Assembly (NCBI GenBank): GCA_963719225.1
Contig: CAVRAY010000002.1
Location: 32,001 to 96,000, forward strand
Length of the DNA: 64,000 bases
DNA from: Thermoanaerobaculia bacterium
Lineage (GTDB): Bacteria > Acidobacteriota > Thermoanaerobaculia > UBA5066
Direction: 5' to 3'
The position numbers and the translations under genes were made by a program. This document shows positions 1 to 10,673 of this stretch, in pieces. The notes beneath the pieces were generated by a model that saw only the letters and a program-made list of their open reading frames with translations, had not been told where the DNA came from and searched no databases. Every line of letters starts with the position of its first letter. Positions within the stretch are counted from its first letter, which is position 1.

Positions 1-1872
1 TCGTACGTCGGCCTCGCGCTTCTGCCGATCACTCTCCTCGTTCTGCCGACCACCGGCCTCCTGCAGAAGAGCGTCGAGCGCTGGTTCGCGCCGCCGGTCG
101 ACGAGACGGTGCGTGCGGGGCGCGAGGTCGCCGACCTTTTTCGCGCGCGCACGGCAGCTCTGGAGCGCCGCACCGCGGAGCGCCTCGAGCGCCGGCTCGC
201 CGCGACCTCCGAGAACGGCCTCGTCGCCCTCCTGTCGGCCGCGCGCGAGGAGTCGGGGGTCGACCTCATCGAATGGAGACGGCCCGGCCGGCCGGCGGCG
301 GCCGTCAGCGCCCCGAGGTGGCCTCTGCGCGACATGAACGAGCCGGGCGCCGAATGGCTCGCGGACGCGAAGGACCGCGGCCTCTCGCGCCGGATCGAGC
401 AGACGCGCGACGGCGGGCAGGCGGGACGCACGGTGGTCTCCCTGCCTTCCGGCTTCCTCGTCGTCGGCACGTTCGACCCGCCCGCCGAAGCCGAGCCCCT
501 CCGCCAGCTCTCGCGCGCGACGTCGGCGTACGCGATGTTGAAGGCCGAGCGCGCCCAGCTCGAGGCCGTTCAGGTGCTTTTCTTCCTCCTCCTCGCGTTC
601 CTCGTTCTCCTCGCGGCCGTGTGGGTCGGTCTCCTCCTCGCGCGGCGTGTGACGCGTCCCATCGCGGCGCTCGCGGCTTCGGCCCGGCGCGTGGGCGCGG
701 GCGACTTCGACGCTCTCGTCGAGGTGGAAGGAGGCGACGAGATCTCCGCGCTTTCGCGCGCCTTCAACGCGATGACGTCCGAGCTGCGCAAGAGCCGGAC
801 CGAGCTCGTCGCCGCGAACGCGGAGCTCGGCGCGACGAACGAGCGCGTCGACGAGGAGCGCCGCCGCGTGCGTACGATCCTCGCGCGGCTCGACGCCGGC
901 GTCGTCGCGTTCGGTGACGACGATACGCTGTACTTCCTCAACGAGACCGCGCGGCGCCTGCTCGGACGCGACGAAGACGCCCATTTCCCCCGCGCGCAGG
1001 ACCTTCTCGCCTCCGAAGCCCTCGCCCCGCTGGCCGAATTCCTCGGACGCGCGCGCGCGGCGGCCGCCCCGCGGGAGGCGACGCTGAAGATCGGCTCCCG
1101 CGTTCTCGAGGCCCGCGTGACCCGCATTCCCGCCGGGGCCACCGACGCGGGCGCGTGGGTCGTGACGCTCGAGGACACGACCGCCCTCGTCGCGGCCGAG
1201 CGCGCCGCGGCGTGGGAGGAAGCCGCGCGACGCATGGCGCACGAGATCAAGAATCCCCTGACGCCGATCCGCCTCGCGGCCGAGCGCATGCGACGGCGCG
1301 CTCTCGGCATGAACGACGAGCCCGAAGGTCTCGCCTCCGTCGTGCGCGAGGGCGCTTCCACGATCATCGAGGAGGTCACGACGCTCGCCTCGCTCGTCGA
1401 CACGTTCGGTCGTTTCGCCCGACTGCCGGCCGCGGATCTCGCCCCGACGGACCTCGGCGCGGTCGTCCAGCAGGTCACGAACCTGTATTCGAACGTGAAG
1501 AGGGGCGTGACGGTCTCGGCCGACGTTCCGGAATCCCTTCCGCTCGTCAAAGCCGATGCCGAGCAGGTGAAACGTGCGCTCATCAACCTCGTGGACAACG
1601 CCGTGGCGGCGACTCCGGGCGGCGGTCACGTGAGGATCGTGGCGGGCGTGGAGGCGGGACGCGCGCGGCTCGCCGTCGAGGACGACGGGGCCGGCATCCC
1701 CGAGGCGGAGCGCGAGCGCGTCTTCGACCCCGCCTATTCGACGAAGGCGCGGGGCTCGGGCCTCGGCCTCGCGATCGTCGCGCGCATCGCCGCCGAGCAC
1801 GCGGGGCGCGTCCGCGTGGAGGAGAATGTCCCCCACGGATGCCGCTTCCTCCTCGAATGGCCGGCCGCGTGA
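1..1872 (+). CDS. NtrY-like sensor histidine kinase (HAMP-PAS-HisKA-HATPase), 5' end outside window
   Basis: Frame open from base 1. TM + HAMP (VTRPIAALAASARRVGAGDF..DEI..L..FN.M), H-box MAHEIKNPLTPI, N-box NLVDNA, G boxes EDDGAGI and GSGLGL; upstream of an NtrX-like regulator. Confidence 0.9.
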   Translation, partial: SYVGLALLPITLLVLPTTGLLQKSVERWFAPPVDETVRAGREVADLFRARTAALERRTAERLERRLAATSENGLVALLSAAREESGVDLIEWRRPGRPAAAVSAPRWPLRDMNEPGAEWLADAKDRGLSRRIEQTRDGGQAGRTVVSLPSGFLVVGTFDPPAEAEPLRQLSRATSAYAMLKAERAQLEAVQVLFFLLLAFLVLLAAVWVGLLLARRVTRPIAALAASARRVGAGDFDALVEVEGGDEISALSRAFNAMTSELRKSRTELVAANAELGATNERVDEERRRVRTILARLDAGVVAFGDDDTLYFLNETARRLLGRDEDAHFPRAQDLLASEALAPLAEFLGRARAAAAPREATLKIGSRVLEARVTRIPAGATDAGAWVVTLEDTTALVAAERAAAWEEAARRMAHEIKNPLTPIRLAAERMRRRALGMNDEPEGLASVVREGASTIIEEVTTLASLVDTFGRFARLPAADLAPTDLGAVVQQVTNLYSNVKRGVTVSADVPESLPLVKADAEQVKRALINLVDNAVAATPGGGHVRIVAGVEAGRARLAVEDDGAGIPEAERERVFDPAYSTKARGSGLGLAIVARIAAEHAGRVRVEENVPHGCRFLLEWPAA

Positions 1873-1896
1873 GGCCCGCGTGCGGGTGAGCGCCCC

Positions 1897-3303
<1,407 letters not shown>

Positions 3304-3306
3304 GCG

Positions 3307-3648
3307 TCAGGTCGGGAACAAATCGAGCGTGATCTGAACGGCGTTCTCCACGCTTGCCAGTTCTTCTCTCGTCAGGCTTCCGATCCTCGAACGGAGGCGC
3401 GCCTTGTCAATCGATCGGATCTGATCGCCGAGGACCCGGGCAGGGGCCCCGCGAACCTCGATCCGAGCCTCCCCGGGAAAGAGTGACTCGACATTGCTCG
3501 TGATCGGGAGCACGACGACGCGGGATCCGTACCGGTTGCAGGAGTCGTTCGAAATGACGACCGCCGGTCGCGTCTTCCGGATCTCCGTCCCGAGCGTAGG
3601 GTCGAGGGCGACCCAATAGACGTCGCCGCGACGCGGCGCGCGTTTCAC
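3307..3648 (-). CDS. mazF: MazF/PemK family endoribonuclease toxin
   Basis: RRGDVYWVALDP..GTEIRKTRPAVVISND..N..VVLPIT..DQIRSIDK.RL; GTG start at 3648 overlaps the antitoxin TGA (GTGA). Confidence 0.92.
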   Translation of the reverse strand: MKRAPRRGDVYWVALDPTLGTEIRKTRPAVVISNDSCNRYGSRVVVLPITSNVESLFPGEARIEVRGAPARVLGDQIRSIDKARLRSRIGSLTREELASVENAVQITLDLFPT

Positions 3649-3872
3649 GCCGGCCAATCCTCGGCCTCGGTCGTGGACCATTCGGAAGTAAGCCTCCGGC
3701 GCCATGGCTCGCGCGCGGCCGCCTTGTAGGCGGCATCCAGTTTCGCCTGATCCGGATGGATCCGGGAGCGGACCGCCGCCTCGATGAAAGCGCTGATTCG
3801 CTTCGGAGGCAGCTCTTTTTTCAGCCTCTTGTAGAGCGCTTCGTCCATCGTGATGTTCAGGCGAACCGACAT
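3645..3872 (-). CDS. Ribbon-helix-helix antitoxin paired with the MazF toxin
   Basis: 75 aa, RLNITMDE..ISAFIE.AV RHH pattern, acidic/W tail; SD AGGAGAGG; directly upstream of the toxin. Confidence 0.85.
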   Translation of the reverse strand: MSVRLNITMDEALYKRLKKELPPKRISAFIEAAVRSRIHPDQAKLDAAYKAAAREPWRRRLTSEWSTTEAEDWPA

Positions 3873-3890
3873 GGTTCCTCTCCTGAATTC

Positions 3891-3911
3891 TGTATTATAT
3901 ACATCATCTAC
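3891..3911 (-). promoter_or_regulatory. Promoter/operator of the mazEF-type operon
   Basis: Minus-strand TATAAT at 3894-3899 inside a TGTAT-N3-ATACA palindrome (3891-3903), with imperfect direct repeats GTAGATGAT/GTATATAAT. AT-rich patch in a GC-rich context. Confidence 0.65.
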
Positions 3912-3927
3912 GTCTCGGCCTCTTGTC

Positions 3928-5355
3928 TCAGCGCTCGCGCCGCGGCGTGGCGCGCTCGGCCTCGGGGATGCGCTCGAGAGGCGCCTCGGATTCGGCCAGC
4001 GCGAAGGCGAGAGCGGCGATCGTCGCGACTCCGGAGTTCAGCTCCTCGCGGTCGATCTTGTCGAACGTGTCGTCGGCCGAATGATGGATGTCGAAATATC
4101 GCGAGGTGTCCTGGATCGGCGAGAAGAGCGGCACGCCGGCGGCGCGGAGCGTGCCCACGTCCGCGCCTCCGCCGCCCTTCTTCACGTTCCCGACGCCGAA
4201 GGGCTTCAGGATCTCCGCGACGTTCGCGAGAATTGGCTCCGCGGAGGGGCCCGCCGTCCAGCCGAATCCGGACACGCGACCCGCGCCGCTGTCGGTTTCG
4301 ATCGCGGCGACGTGCGCCGCCAGCTCGGCCGCATGGGCCTTCGCGTAGGCACGCCCGCCCGCGAGCCCGTTCTCCTCGTTCGCAAATGCGACGACGCGAA
4401 GCGTGCGGCGCGGCCGTCTCGGGAGCCGCCCGACGAGGCGTGCCGCCTCGATCGCGATGCCGAGGCCCGCCGCATCGTCCACGGCCCCCTGCCCGAGGTC
4501 CCACGAATCGAGGTGCCCGCCGAGGACGACGATCTCATTCGGCTTCTCGCGACCCGGGATCTCGCCGACGACGTTCGCCGAGAGCGCGTCCGGGAGCGTA
4601 CGGGCCGAGAGCGCGAAGCGGACGCGGACGGTCTTGCCGTCGGCCAGGAGACGGTGGACGAGGTCCGCGTCGGGATTCGCGAGGGCCGCGGCCGGGATCT
4701 TCGGGACCCCCTCCTCGTAACGGACCGAGCCCGTGTGCGGAAGTCGGGCGTTCGACGTGCCCACGGAACGAATGAGGGCGCCCACGGCGCCCAGCTTCGC
4801 GGCGCGCGATGCGGCGCCCCCGCGGATGGGAACCGTCGCGCCGTAGCCGGATCCGTCGGACCGGCGCTCCATGACTTTCCAGACGAAGACGATCTTGCCT
4901 TTCGCCTTCTCCTTGAGCGCGTCCACGCCCTCGAGGGACTGGGCCTCGACGAGATCGGCCTCGATCCCGCCCGCGGGCGTTCCGACGCTGCCGCCGAGCG
5001 CGCAGAGCGACAGCCGGAACGGAGCGGGAGAGACGATCTCCCCGCTCTCCTCCCCGCGCTCCCAGTGCGTCACGGTGACGGGTTCGGCATGGACGTTCGA
5101 GAATCCCTGCGCCTTGAGCGTGGCCTCGGCCCACGCGACCGCACGCGCGTCGCCCGGCGACCCGGCCAGCCGCGGACCGACGGTATCGGTGAGGCTGCGG
5201 ACCGTGTCGTACGCGCCGTTCGTCGCCTGGGCCGCGCGCACGAGGCGCTCGAGCGTTCCCCTCAGATCGGAATCCGCCCCGGGGCCGGCCGCGGAGAGAG
5301 CGAGGGCCGCGACGCCGAGGAAAGACGCCACGGGGACGAGACGCGCGCCTTTCAC
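3928..5355 (-). CDS. Secreted M28 family peptidase (carboxypeptidase Q-like, PA domain)
   Basis: Signal peptide; GPRLAGS, GGHLDSWDLGQGAVDD, FANEENGL, ETDSG, YFDIHHSADDT. Confidence 0.9.
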   Translation of the reverse strand: MKGARLVPVASFLGVAALALSAAGPGADSDLRGTLERLVRAAQATNGAYDTVRSLTDTVGPRLAGSPGDARAVAWAEATLKAQGFSNVHAEPVTVTHWERGEESGEIVSPAPFRLSLCALGGSVGTPAGGIEADLVEAQSLEGVDALKEKAKGKIVFVWKVMERRSDGSGYGATVPIRGGAASRAAKLGAVGALIRSVGTSNARLPHTGSVRYEEGVPKIPAAALANPDADLVHRLLADGKTVRVRFALSARTLPDALSANVVGEIPGREKPNEIVVLGGHLDSWDLGQGAVDDAAGLGIAIEAARLVGRLPRRPRRTLRVVAFANEENGLAGGRAYAKAHAAELAAHVAAIETDSGAGRVSGFGWTAGPSAEPILANVAEILKPFGVGNVKKGGGGADVGTLRAAGVPLFSPIQDTSRYFDIHHSADDTFDKIDREELNSGVATIAALAFALAESEAPLERIPEAERATPRRER

Positions 5356-6260
5356 GAGAGCCTTTCGAGCAGCTTGTTCTCGAGAACCTGCGGGCCCGGG
5401 TCGGCCTCGAGCCTCAGGTAGTGTTCCGCCGCCGCCAGGAGCGCGGCCTGCGGGACGAGGCCCACGATCTCCGAGCCCACGACGGCGACGCCGTGGCGGG
5501 AGGCTTCGGATTTCACGGTCTCGAAGACGCGGTGGAGCGGCGTCTTCTCGAAGTTAGTCATGTTGATCGAAACCTGGACCTGCCCGCGCGCGTCGAGCTT
5601 CACGCCCATCGCCTTCACGAAGCGAAACCCGCCCGAGAGGTGCCGGATGGCCTTCGCGATGCGGTCGGCGATCGCGAGGTCCGGCGTTCCCAGGTTGATG
5701 TTGTACGCGACGAGCGGCGCACGCGCCCCCACGACGGTCGCGCCGCCCGTGGGGTGGGGGACCGGGGGGCCGAAGTCGGGGATCCAGGCCGGATCCGTCA
5801 TCTTCGCCGGGAGGCCCTCGAACTCTCCCTTGCGGATGTTCGCGAGGTTCTGCCGTTCCGCCGATGTCGCGGCGTCCTCGTACAGGTAGACCGGCAGGCC
5901 GTAACGGTCGGCGAGACCTTTTCCGAGCGTCTTCGCAAGGACCACGCAGTCGGCTGCCGTTGCGCCCCGCAGGGGGACGAACGGGATCACGTCCACGGCT
6001 CCGACGCGCGGGTGGGCGCCTTGGTGCGTCCTGAGATCGATCGCCTCGAGCGCGGCGCCCACGAGGGCCGTCATCGCCGTCACGAGGGCATCCCCGTCTC
6101 CGAGGAACGTCAGGACCGAGCGGTTGTGGTCGGCGTCGGAGGTCCTGTCGAGGAGGACGACTCCCTCGGCCGCGTTCACGGCGGCATTCGCCAGGGCCGA
6201 CACGACGTCCGGCCGGCGCCCCTCGCTCACGTTCGGAATGCACTCGATCAATGCGGCCAT
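5352..6260 (-). CDS. ftcD: Glutamate formimidoyltransferase (stand-alone formiminotransferase domain)
   Basis: IECIPNVSEGRR, DADHNRSV, HQGAHPRVGAVDVIPFVP; ATG at 6260 with GGAGG SD. Confidence 0.92.
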   Translation of the reverse strand: MAALIECIPNVSEGRRPDVVSALANAAVNAAEGVVLLDRTSDADHNRSVLTFLGDGDALVTAMTALVGAALEAIDLRTHQGAHPRVGAVDVIPFVPLRGATAADCVVLAKTLGKGLADRYGLPVYLYEDAATSAERQNLANIRKGEFEGLPAKMTDPAWIPDFGPPVPHPTGGATVVGARAPLVAYNINLGTPDLAIADRIAKAIRHLSGGFRFVKAMGVKLDARGQVQVSINMTNFEKTPLHRVFETVKSEASRHGVAVVGSEIVGLVPQAALLAAAEHYLRLEADPGPQVLENKLLERLS

Positions 6261-6329
6261 CGCGCCTCCGGCGGGCGATCGTATCCGACGCCACGCCACG
6301 CCGCGCTGTTCTTGCTAGCATTCAATCCA

Positions 6330-8264
6330 ATGAGCTCCTATGCCGGAAGCCCCGCCCTCGCCCCCGAGGCGCGGGAGAAGGTCCTCCAGACGTTTCGGCA
6401 CACGCTCGTGCTCGCGCAGGAAGGCAAGAACGAGGAGGCGCTCCTCGGGTGCGACTTCCTTCTCAAGATGGACGCCCGCTTCGCCCCGGCCCGCAGTCTG
6501 CTCGAGGTCTTGCGGGGCGTCGCTCCGGGCTCGAAGGTCGACGTCGGACGATTCGCCGACTACCTCGGCCCCGAAAGCGCGGGCGAGGCGCTGCCGGAGT
6601 CCGCTCACGAGCTGCCGGAGGCGTTCCCGGGCGGCCCTGCCTCTCCCGTTCCTCCCTCGGCGGTGTCCGCGACCGGCCTGGACGACCTCGTTTTCGGGGA
6701 CGAGGGGGGTGGGGAGGCTCCGCGCGCCGGACCCTCGCTCGCGCCGCCGCCCGCCGCCGACCCGTTCGGCGGCCTCGACGACCTGCGCCTGAGCATGCCT
6801 GGCGGGGGGCCGGGCGCGGTCGGGACGATTCCGCCGCCGGAGTCGGCGCCGCCGCTCGACTCTCCGTCCTCGGGGCCGCCGCTCGGGCAGCCCGCGCCTG
6901 CCGCGGCTCCCCCGCGCCCCGTGTCCGGCGTCCAGGCCGATCCGCGCATCACGCAGTTTCTCAAGCAGGGTGACGAGGCGCTCTCGCGCGGCAACGCGCA
7001 GGAGGCGATCGACCTCTGGTCCCGGGTCTTCCTCATCGACCTCTCGAACGAGGAGGCGAGCCGCCGGATCGACGCGGCACGCGAGTCGCAGGCGGAATCG
7101 GCGCGCAAGATCGACATCCTCCTGACCGAGGGCGTGACCCAGTACGAAAACGGCGACCTCGCAGGCGCGCGCAACAAGTTCCTCGACGTGCTCGCCGTCT
7201 CCGAGCACGATGCCACGGCACGCGGCTACCTCAACCAGATCGAGGCGGCCCTGGCGTCCTCGTCGTCGCAAAGCCAAGCCCCCGTCTCGGCCAGCGAGGG
7301 CGATTCCGACTTCATGAAGCACGAGATCGAGGCGCCGGCACCTCCCTCGTTCGCAGACGACTCCGGCATCGGTCGTTCGCTCAAAGGGGACGCGAGCGGC
7401 TCCGGCCTCGAGTCCGGCATGGCCAGCTCCCAGAAGGTCCCCCGGCCGGGCGCCAAGGGCCGGATCGACGTGCGCGTCCTCCTCGCGGCGGCCGCCGTCG
7501 TCCTCGCCCTGGTCGCGGGCGGCGCGTACTTTTTCCTGCGCGGCAAGTCGGCCGCCCGGCCCGCGACCGCGGGCGGGCCCGGCACGAAGGTCCTGCCTGG
7601 CGGGCGCACGACGCCTTCCGAGGATCCGTTCCCGAAAGCCCAGGCCCTCTTCGAGGCCGGAAAGATCGACGAGGCGATCGCCGTCCTCGCGAAGCTGCCC
7701 GAGACGGACCCGAGGCACAACGAGGCGCTCGTGCGCATCGAGAAGATGAAATCTTCGGCGGCTCCGACGCCAGGGCCCGCCGCTCCGAGCTCCGCGCAGC
7801 TCGATGAGATGCGCATCGCCGGCCTCACCGCGATGTCCTCGAGCCGGTACATCGACGCGCTGAAGAACCTGGATCCGGTCGTGAAAGCCCGTCCGCAGGA
7901 CTCCGAGGCGGCGGCCGCGGCGCAGCGCGCTCACGAGCAGGTCGAGGCGCTGAGGAACGCCTCGAAGTCGTACAACGAGGGCGACTACGAGAGCGCGATC
8001 AAGCTTCTCTGGGACCTTCGCAAGGGCGACGCGAAGAATCAGGACGTCGAGGAGTACCTCGTCAACGCGTATTACAACTCCGCGGTGCAGAGCCTGCAGG
8101 CCGGGAACATGGCGAAGGCCACGATCGCCGTCAAGGAGGCCACGGACCTCAGACCGGGAGACGCCGAAGCGCAGCGGCTTCTGCGCTTTGCGCGCAAATA
8201 CCCGAAAGGCGCGAACGACCTGCTCTCCCGCATCCTCATCAAGCATCTGACCCTCAGGCCCTGA
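6330..8264 (+). CDS. Membrane-anchored TPR-repeat protein with Pro-rich linkers
   Basis: TPR-like helices (EAIDLWSRVFLIDLSNEEA; YNEGDYESAIKLL; LRPGDAEAQR) and one TM segment (VLLAAAAVVLALVAGGAYFFL). ATG at 6330 follows a TGcTAGCAT -10. Confidence 0.75.
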   Translation: MSSYAGSPALAPEAREKVLQTFRHTLVLAQEGKNEEALLGCDFLLKMDARFAPARSLLEVLRGVAPGSKVDVGRFADYLGPESAGEALPESAHELPEAFPGGPASPVPPSAVSATGLDDLVFGDEGGGEAPRAGPSLAPPPAADPFGGLDDLRLSMPGGGPGAVGTIPPPESAPPLDSPSSGPPLGQPAPAAAPPRPVSGVQADPRITQFLKQGDEALSRGNAQEAIDLWSRVFLIDLSNEEASRRIDAARESQAESARKIDILLTEGVTQYENGDLAGARNKFLDVLAVSEHDATARGYLNQIEAALASSSSQSQAPVSASEGDSDFMKHEIEAPAPPSFADDSGIGRSLKGDASGSGLESGMASSQKVPRPGAKGRIDVRVLLAAAAVVLALVAGGAYFFLRGKSAARPATAGGPGTKVLPGGRTTPSEDPFPKAQALFEAGKIDEAIAVLAKLPETDPRHNEALVRIEKMKSSAAPTPGPAAPSSAQLDEMRIAGLTAMSSSRYIDALKNLDPVVKARPQDSEAAAAAQRAHEQVEALRNASKSYNEGDYESAIKLLWDLRKGDAKNQDVEEYLVNAYYNSAVQSLQAGNMAKATIAVKEATDLRPGDAEAQRLLRFARKYPKGANDLLSRILIKHLTLRP

Positions 8265-8277
8265 GGCCGGACCCGCC

Positions 8278-8970
8278 ATGTCCGAGCCCCCGCGCGACCC
8301 GCTCGCCGAACATCCGCTCCTTCCGGATCCGCCGCGACGGCGATCCTCGTCGCGCTCGACTCTCGAGCTCTTCCCCGATGCCGCCGAGAAACCCCTCGGA
8401 CCCAGGGAGGACGATGCCGCGCCGGAGCCCTCCCGGGAGCCGCCCCCTTCGAAATCGGCGCCGTCGCCTCCGGAACGATCCACGGCCGGTGCGCCGATGT
8501 TTTCCGCGCCCGAGCCCGAAGAAACGGAACCCGAGGCGCCGCGGGCGGTGGCGTTCGCGCGGCGCGTGGCGGCCGGTCTCGCCGACCTCCTCATCCTCGC
8601 CCTCGTCGGCGCGGTCGAGCTCGCCGCCGGCGCGCTCCTCCTCGACCTGCGCTTTCCGCCCCCGGCCTTCCTTCCCCTCGCCGCGTTCCTCCTGCTCGCC
8701 GCCCTCGTCCTCCTCGTCCTCGCGCCGTTCGTCTGGGGCACGACACCCGGCATGGCCCTCGCCGACCTGAGGATCTGCGCCGAGGACGGCGGCTCCCCCA
8801 CGCTCTCGGCCGCGCTGCTGCGCTTCGTGGGCTTTCTCGTGACCTTCGCGCTCGCGGGCGTGCCCCTGCTCGTCGCCGCCTTCGACCGCCGCGGCCGAAC
8901 GCTCGCGGACCTCGTCTCGCGAACGACGATCGAGCCCGTGGAGGCCGCCGAGCCCTCCGGCCTCTCGTAA
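8278..8970 (+). CDS. RDD family membrane protein
   Basis: FARRVAAGLADLL, GTTPGM..LRI, ALLR, RTLAD..SRT; Pro-rich N-terminus. Confidence 0.85.
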   Translation: MSEPPRDPLAEHPLLPDPPRRRSSSRSTLELFPDAAEKPLGPREDDAAPEPSREPPPSKSAPSPPERSTAGAPMFSAPEPEETEPEAPRAVAFARRVAAGLADLLILALVGAVELAAGALLLDLRFPPPAFLPLAAFLLLAALVLLVLAPFVWGTTPGMALADLRICAEDGGSPTLSAALLRFVGFLVTFALAGVPLLVAAFDRRGRTLADLVSRTTIEPVEAAEPSGLS

Positions 8971-8978
8971 GGAGACCC

Positions 8979-10673
8979 GTGCGCCTCGCGCTTTGCCAGA
9001 TCGACACGACGGTCGGCGACATCGCGGGCAACACGTCCCGCATCCTCGAGGCCCTGACCCGTGCCGAGAAGGCGCGCGCCGACCTGGCCGTGTTTCCCGA
9101 GCTCGCGATTTGCGGCTATCCGCCCCTGGACCTTCTCGAGCGGCCGTCGTTCGTGCGCGAGGCCGCGCGCGCTCTCTCGTCCCTCGCGCGGCGCGCGCGC
9201 CGCACCGCGCTTCTCGTCGGAACGTTCGTCCCGAACCGGAACCGCGTCGGAAAGCCGTTCCACAACGTTTCGGCCCTGCTCGAGGGCGGCCGCGCGAAGG
9301 TCCTCGCCAGGAAGACGCTCCTTCCCACGTACGACGTCTTCGACGAAGGCCGCTGGTTCGAACCGGGCGACGGATGCGTCATCGTCCCGTTCCGCGGAGA
9401 GCGGGTCGGCCTTCCCGTCTGCGAGGATCTGTGGAACGACAAGGACTTCTGGCGACAGAGGCGCCTTTATCACGAGGACCCCGGCGAGGCCCTCGTGAGG
9501 CGGGGCGCGACGCTCGTGGTCGCGATCAACGCGTCGCCGTTCTCGGAAGGGAAGCCCCGGCTGAGGCGACGGATGCTGGCCCGCTACGCGCGCGACGGGC
9601 GCATCCCGGTGGTGTCTCTCAATCTCGTGGGCGGAAACGACGAGCTCGTCTTCGACGGCGACTCGATGGTGATCGACGGCCGCGGCAACGTCATCGCGCG
9701 TGCCGCGAAGTTCGAGGAGGACTTCCTGGTCGTGGACGTCCTGCGCGAGAAGCGGGGACTCGCGCGTGTCGTCGCGCCTTCGGAAAGCCGGGCACCCGAG
9801 GACACCGATGACGCCGGCGGAGACCCTCTCGAGTCGCTCCGGCGCGCGCTCGTCCTCGGTATCCGGGATTACGCGAAGAAGTGCGGCTTTTCGACCGCGA
9901 TTCTCGGCCTTTCGGGAGGAATCGATTCCGCGCTCGTCGCGGCGCTCGCGGTCGAGGCCCTCGGAAAGGAGAACGTCACGGGCCTGGGGATGCCGTCGCC
10001 ATATTCGTCCGAGGGGTCGATCGCGGACGCGCGCGCCCTCGCCCAGAACCTCGGCATCCGTTTCGACATCCTGCGGATCGACGCGCTCTTCGACGAAGCG
10101 CGCCGGACGCTCGCCGGGCTGTTCCAGGGACTCGAGGAGGACGTCACCGAGGAGAACATCCAGTCGCGCCTCCGCGGCCTCCTCGTGATGGCCGTCTCGA
10201 ACAAGAAAGGGCCCCTGGTCCTCACGACCGGCAACAAGAGCGAGCTCGCCGTGGGGTACTGCACGCTCTACGGCGACATGTGCGGCGGTCTCGCGCCGAT
10301 CTCCGACCTGCCGAAGATGCGGGTTTATGCGCTCGCGCGGCACCTCAACGCCCGCACGAAAGGCGCTCTCATCCCGGAGGCCTCGCTCGTGAAGGCGGCT
10401 TCCGCCGAGCTGCGGCCCAATCAGTGCGACCAGGATTCTCTTCCGCCCTATCCGCTTCTCGACGCGATTCTCGAAGGTCTCGTGGAGCGAAACCTTTCCG
10501 TCGAGGCCGTCGCGCGACGCGCGCACGCTCCGCTCACACTCGTGAAGAAGATCGCGCGCCAGGTGGACCGGGCCGAGTACAAGCGCTGGCAGATGGCGCC
10601 CGGCCTGAAGGTCTCCGCGAAAGCGTTCGGCAGCGGCCGCCGGATTCCGATCGCGCAGAGGGCGCCGCTCTGA
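8979..10673 (+). CDS. nadE: Glutamine-dependent NAD+ synthetase
   Basis: Nitrilase domain (VFPEL, K.LLPTYDVFDE, CEDLW) plus synthetase domain (GLSGGIDS, TTGNKSE, YCTLYGD, SAELRPNQ.DQDSLPPY). Confidence 0.96.
   Translation: MRLALCQIDTTVGDIAGNTSRILEALTRAEKARADLAVFPELAICGYPPLDLLERPSFVREAARALSSLARRARRTALLVGTFVPNRNRVGKPFHNVSALLEGGRAKVLARKTLLPTYDVFDEGRWFEPGDGCVIVPFRGERVGLPVCEDLWNDKDFWRQRRLYHEDPGEALVRRGATLVVAINASPFSEGKPRLRRRMLARYARDGRIPVVSLNLVGGNDELVFDGDSMVIDGRGNVIARAAKFEEDFLVVDVLREKRGLARVVAPSESRAPEDTDDAGGDPLESLRRALVLGIRDYAKKCGFSTAILGLSGGIDSALVAALAVEALGKENVTGLGMPSPYSSEGSIADARALAQNLGIRFDILRIDALFDEARRTLAGLFQGLEEDVTEENIQSRLRGLLVMAVSNKKGPLVLTTGNKSELAVGYCTLYGDMCGGLAPISDLPKMRVYALARHLNARTKGALIPEASLVKAASAELRPNQCDQDSLPPYPLLDAILEGLVERNLSVEAVARRAHAPLTLVKKIARQVDRAEYKRWQMAPGLKVSAKAFGSGRRIPIAQRAPL

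Noticed and set aside
6315-10526. 1403-aa minus-strand ORF, and similar long antisense ORFs (20526-23645, 37732-39675, 59872-61131)
   Set aside because: Shadow ORFs of real genes in high-GC DNA; Arg/Gly-rich with no recognisable motifs.
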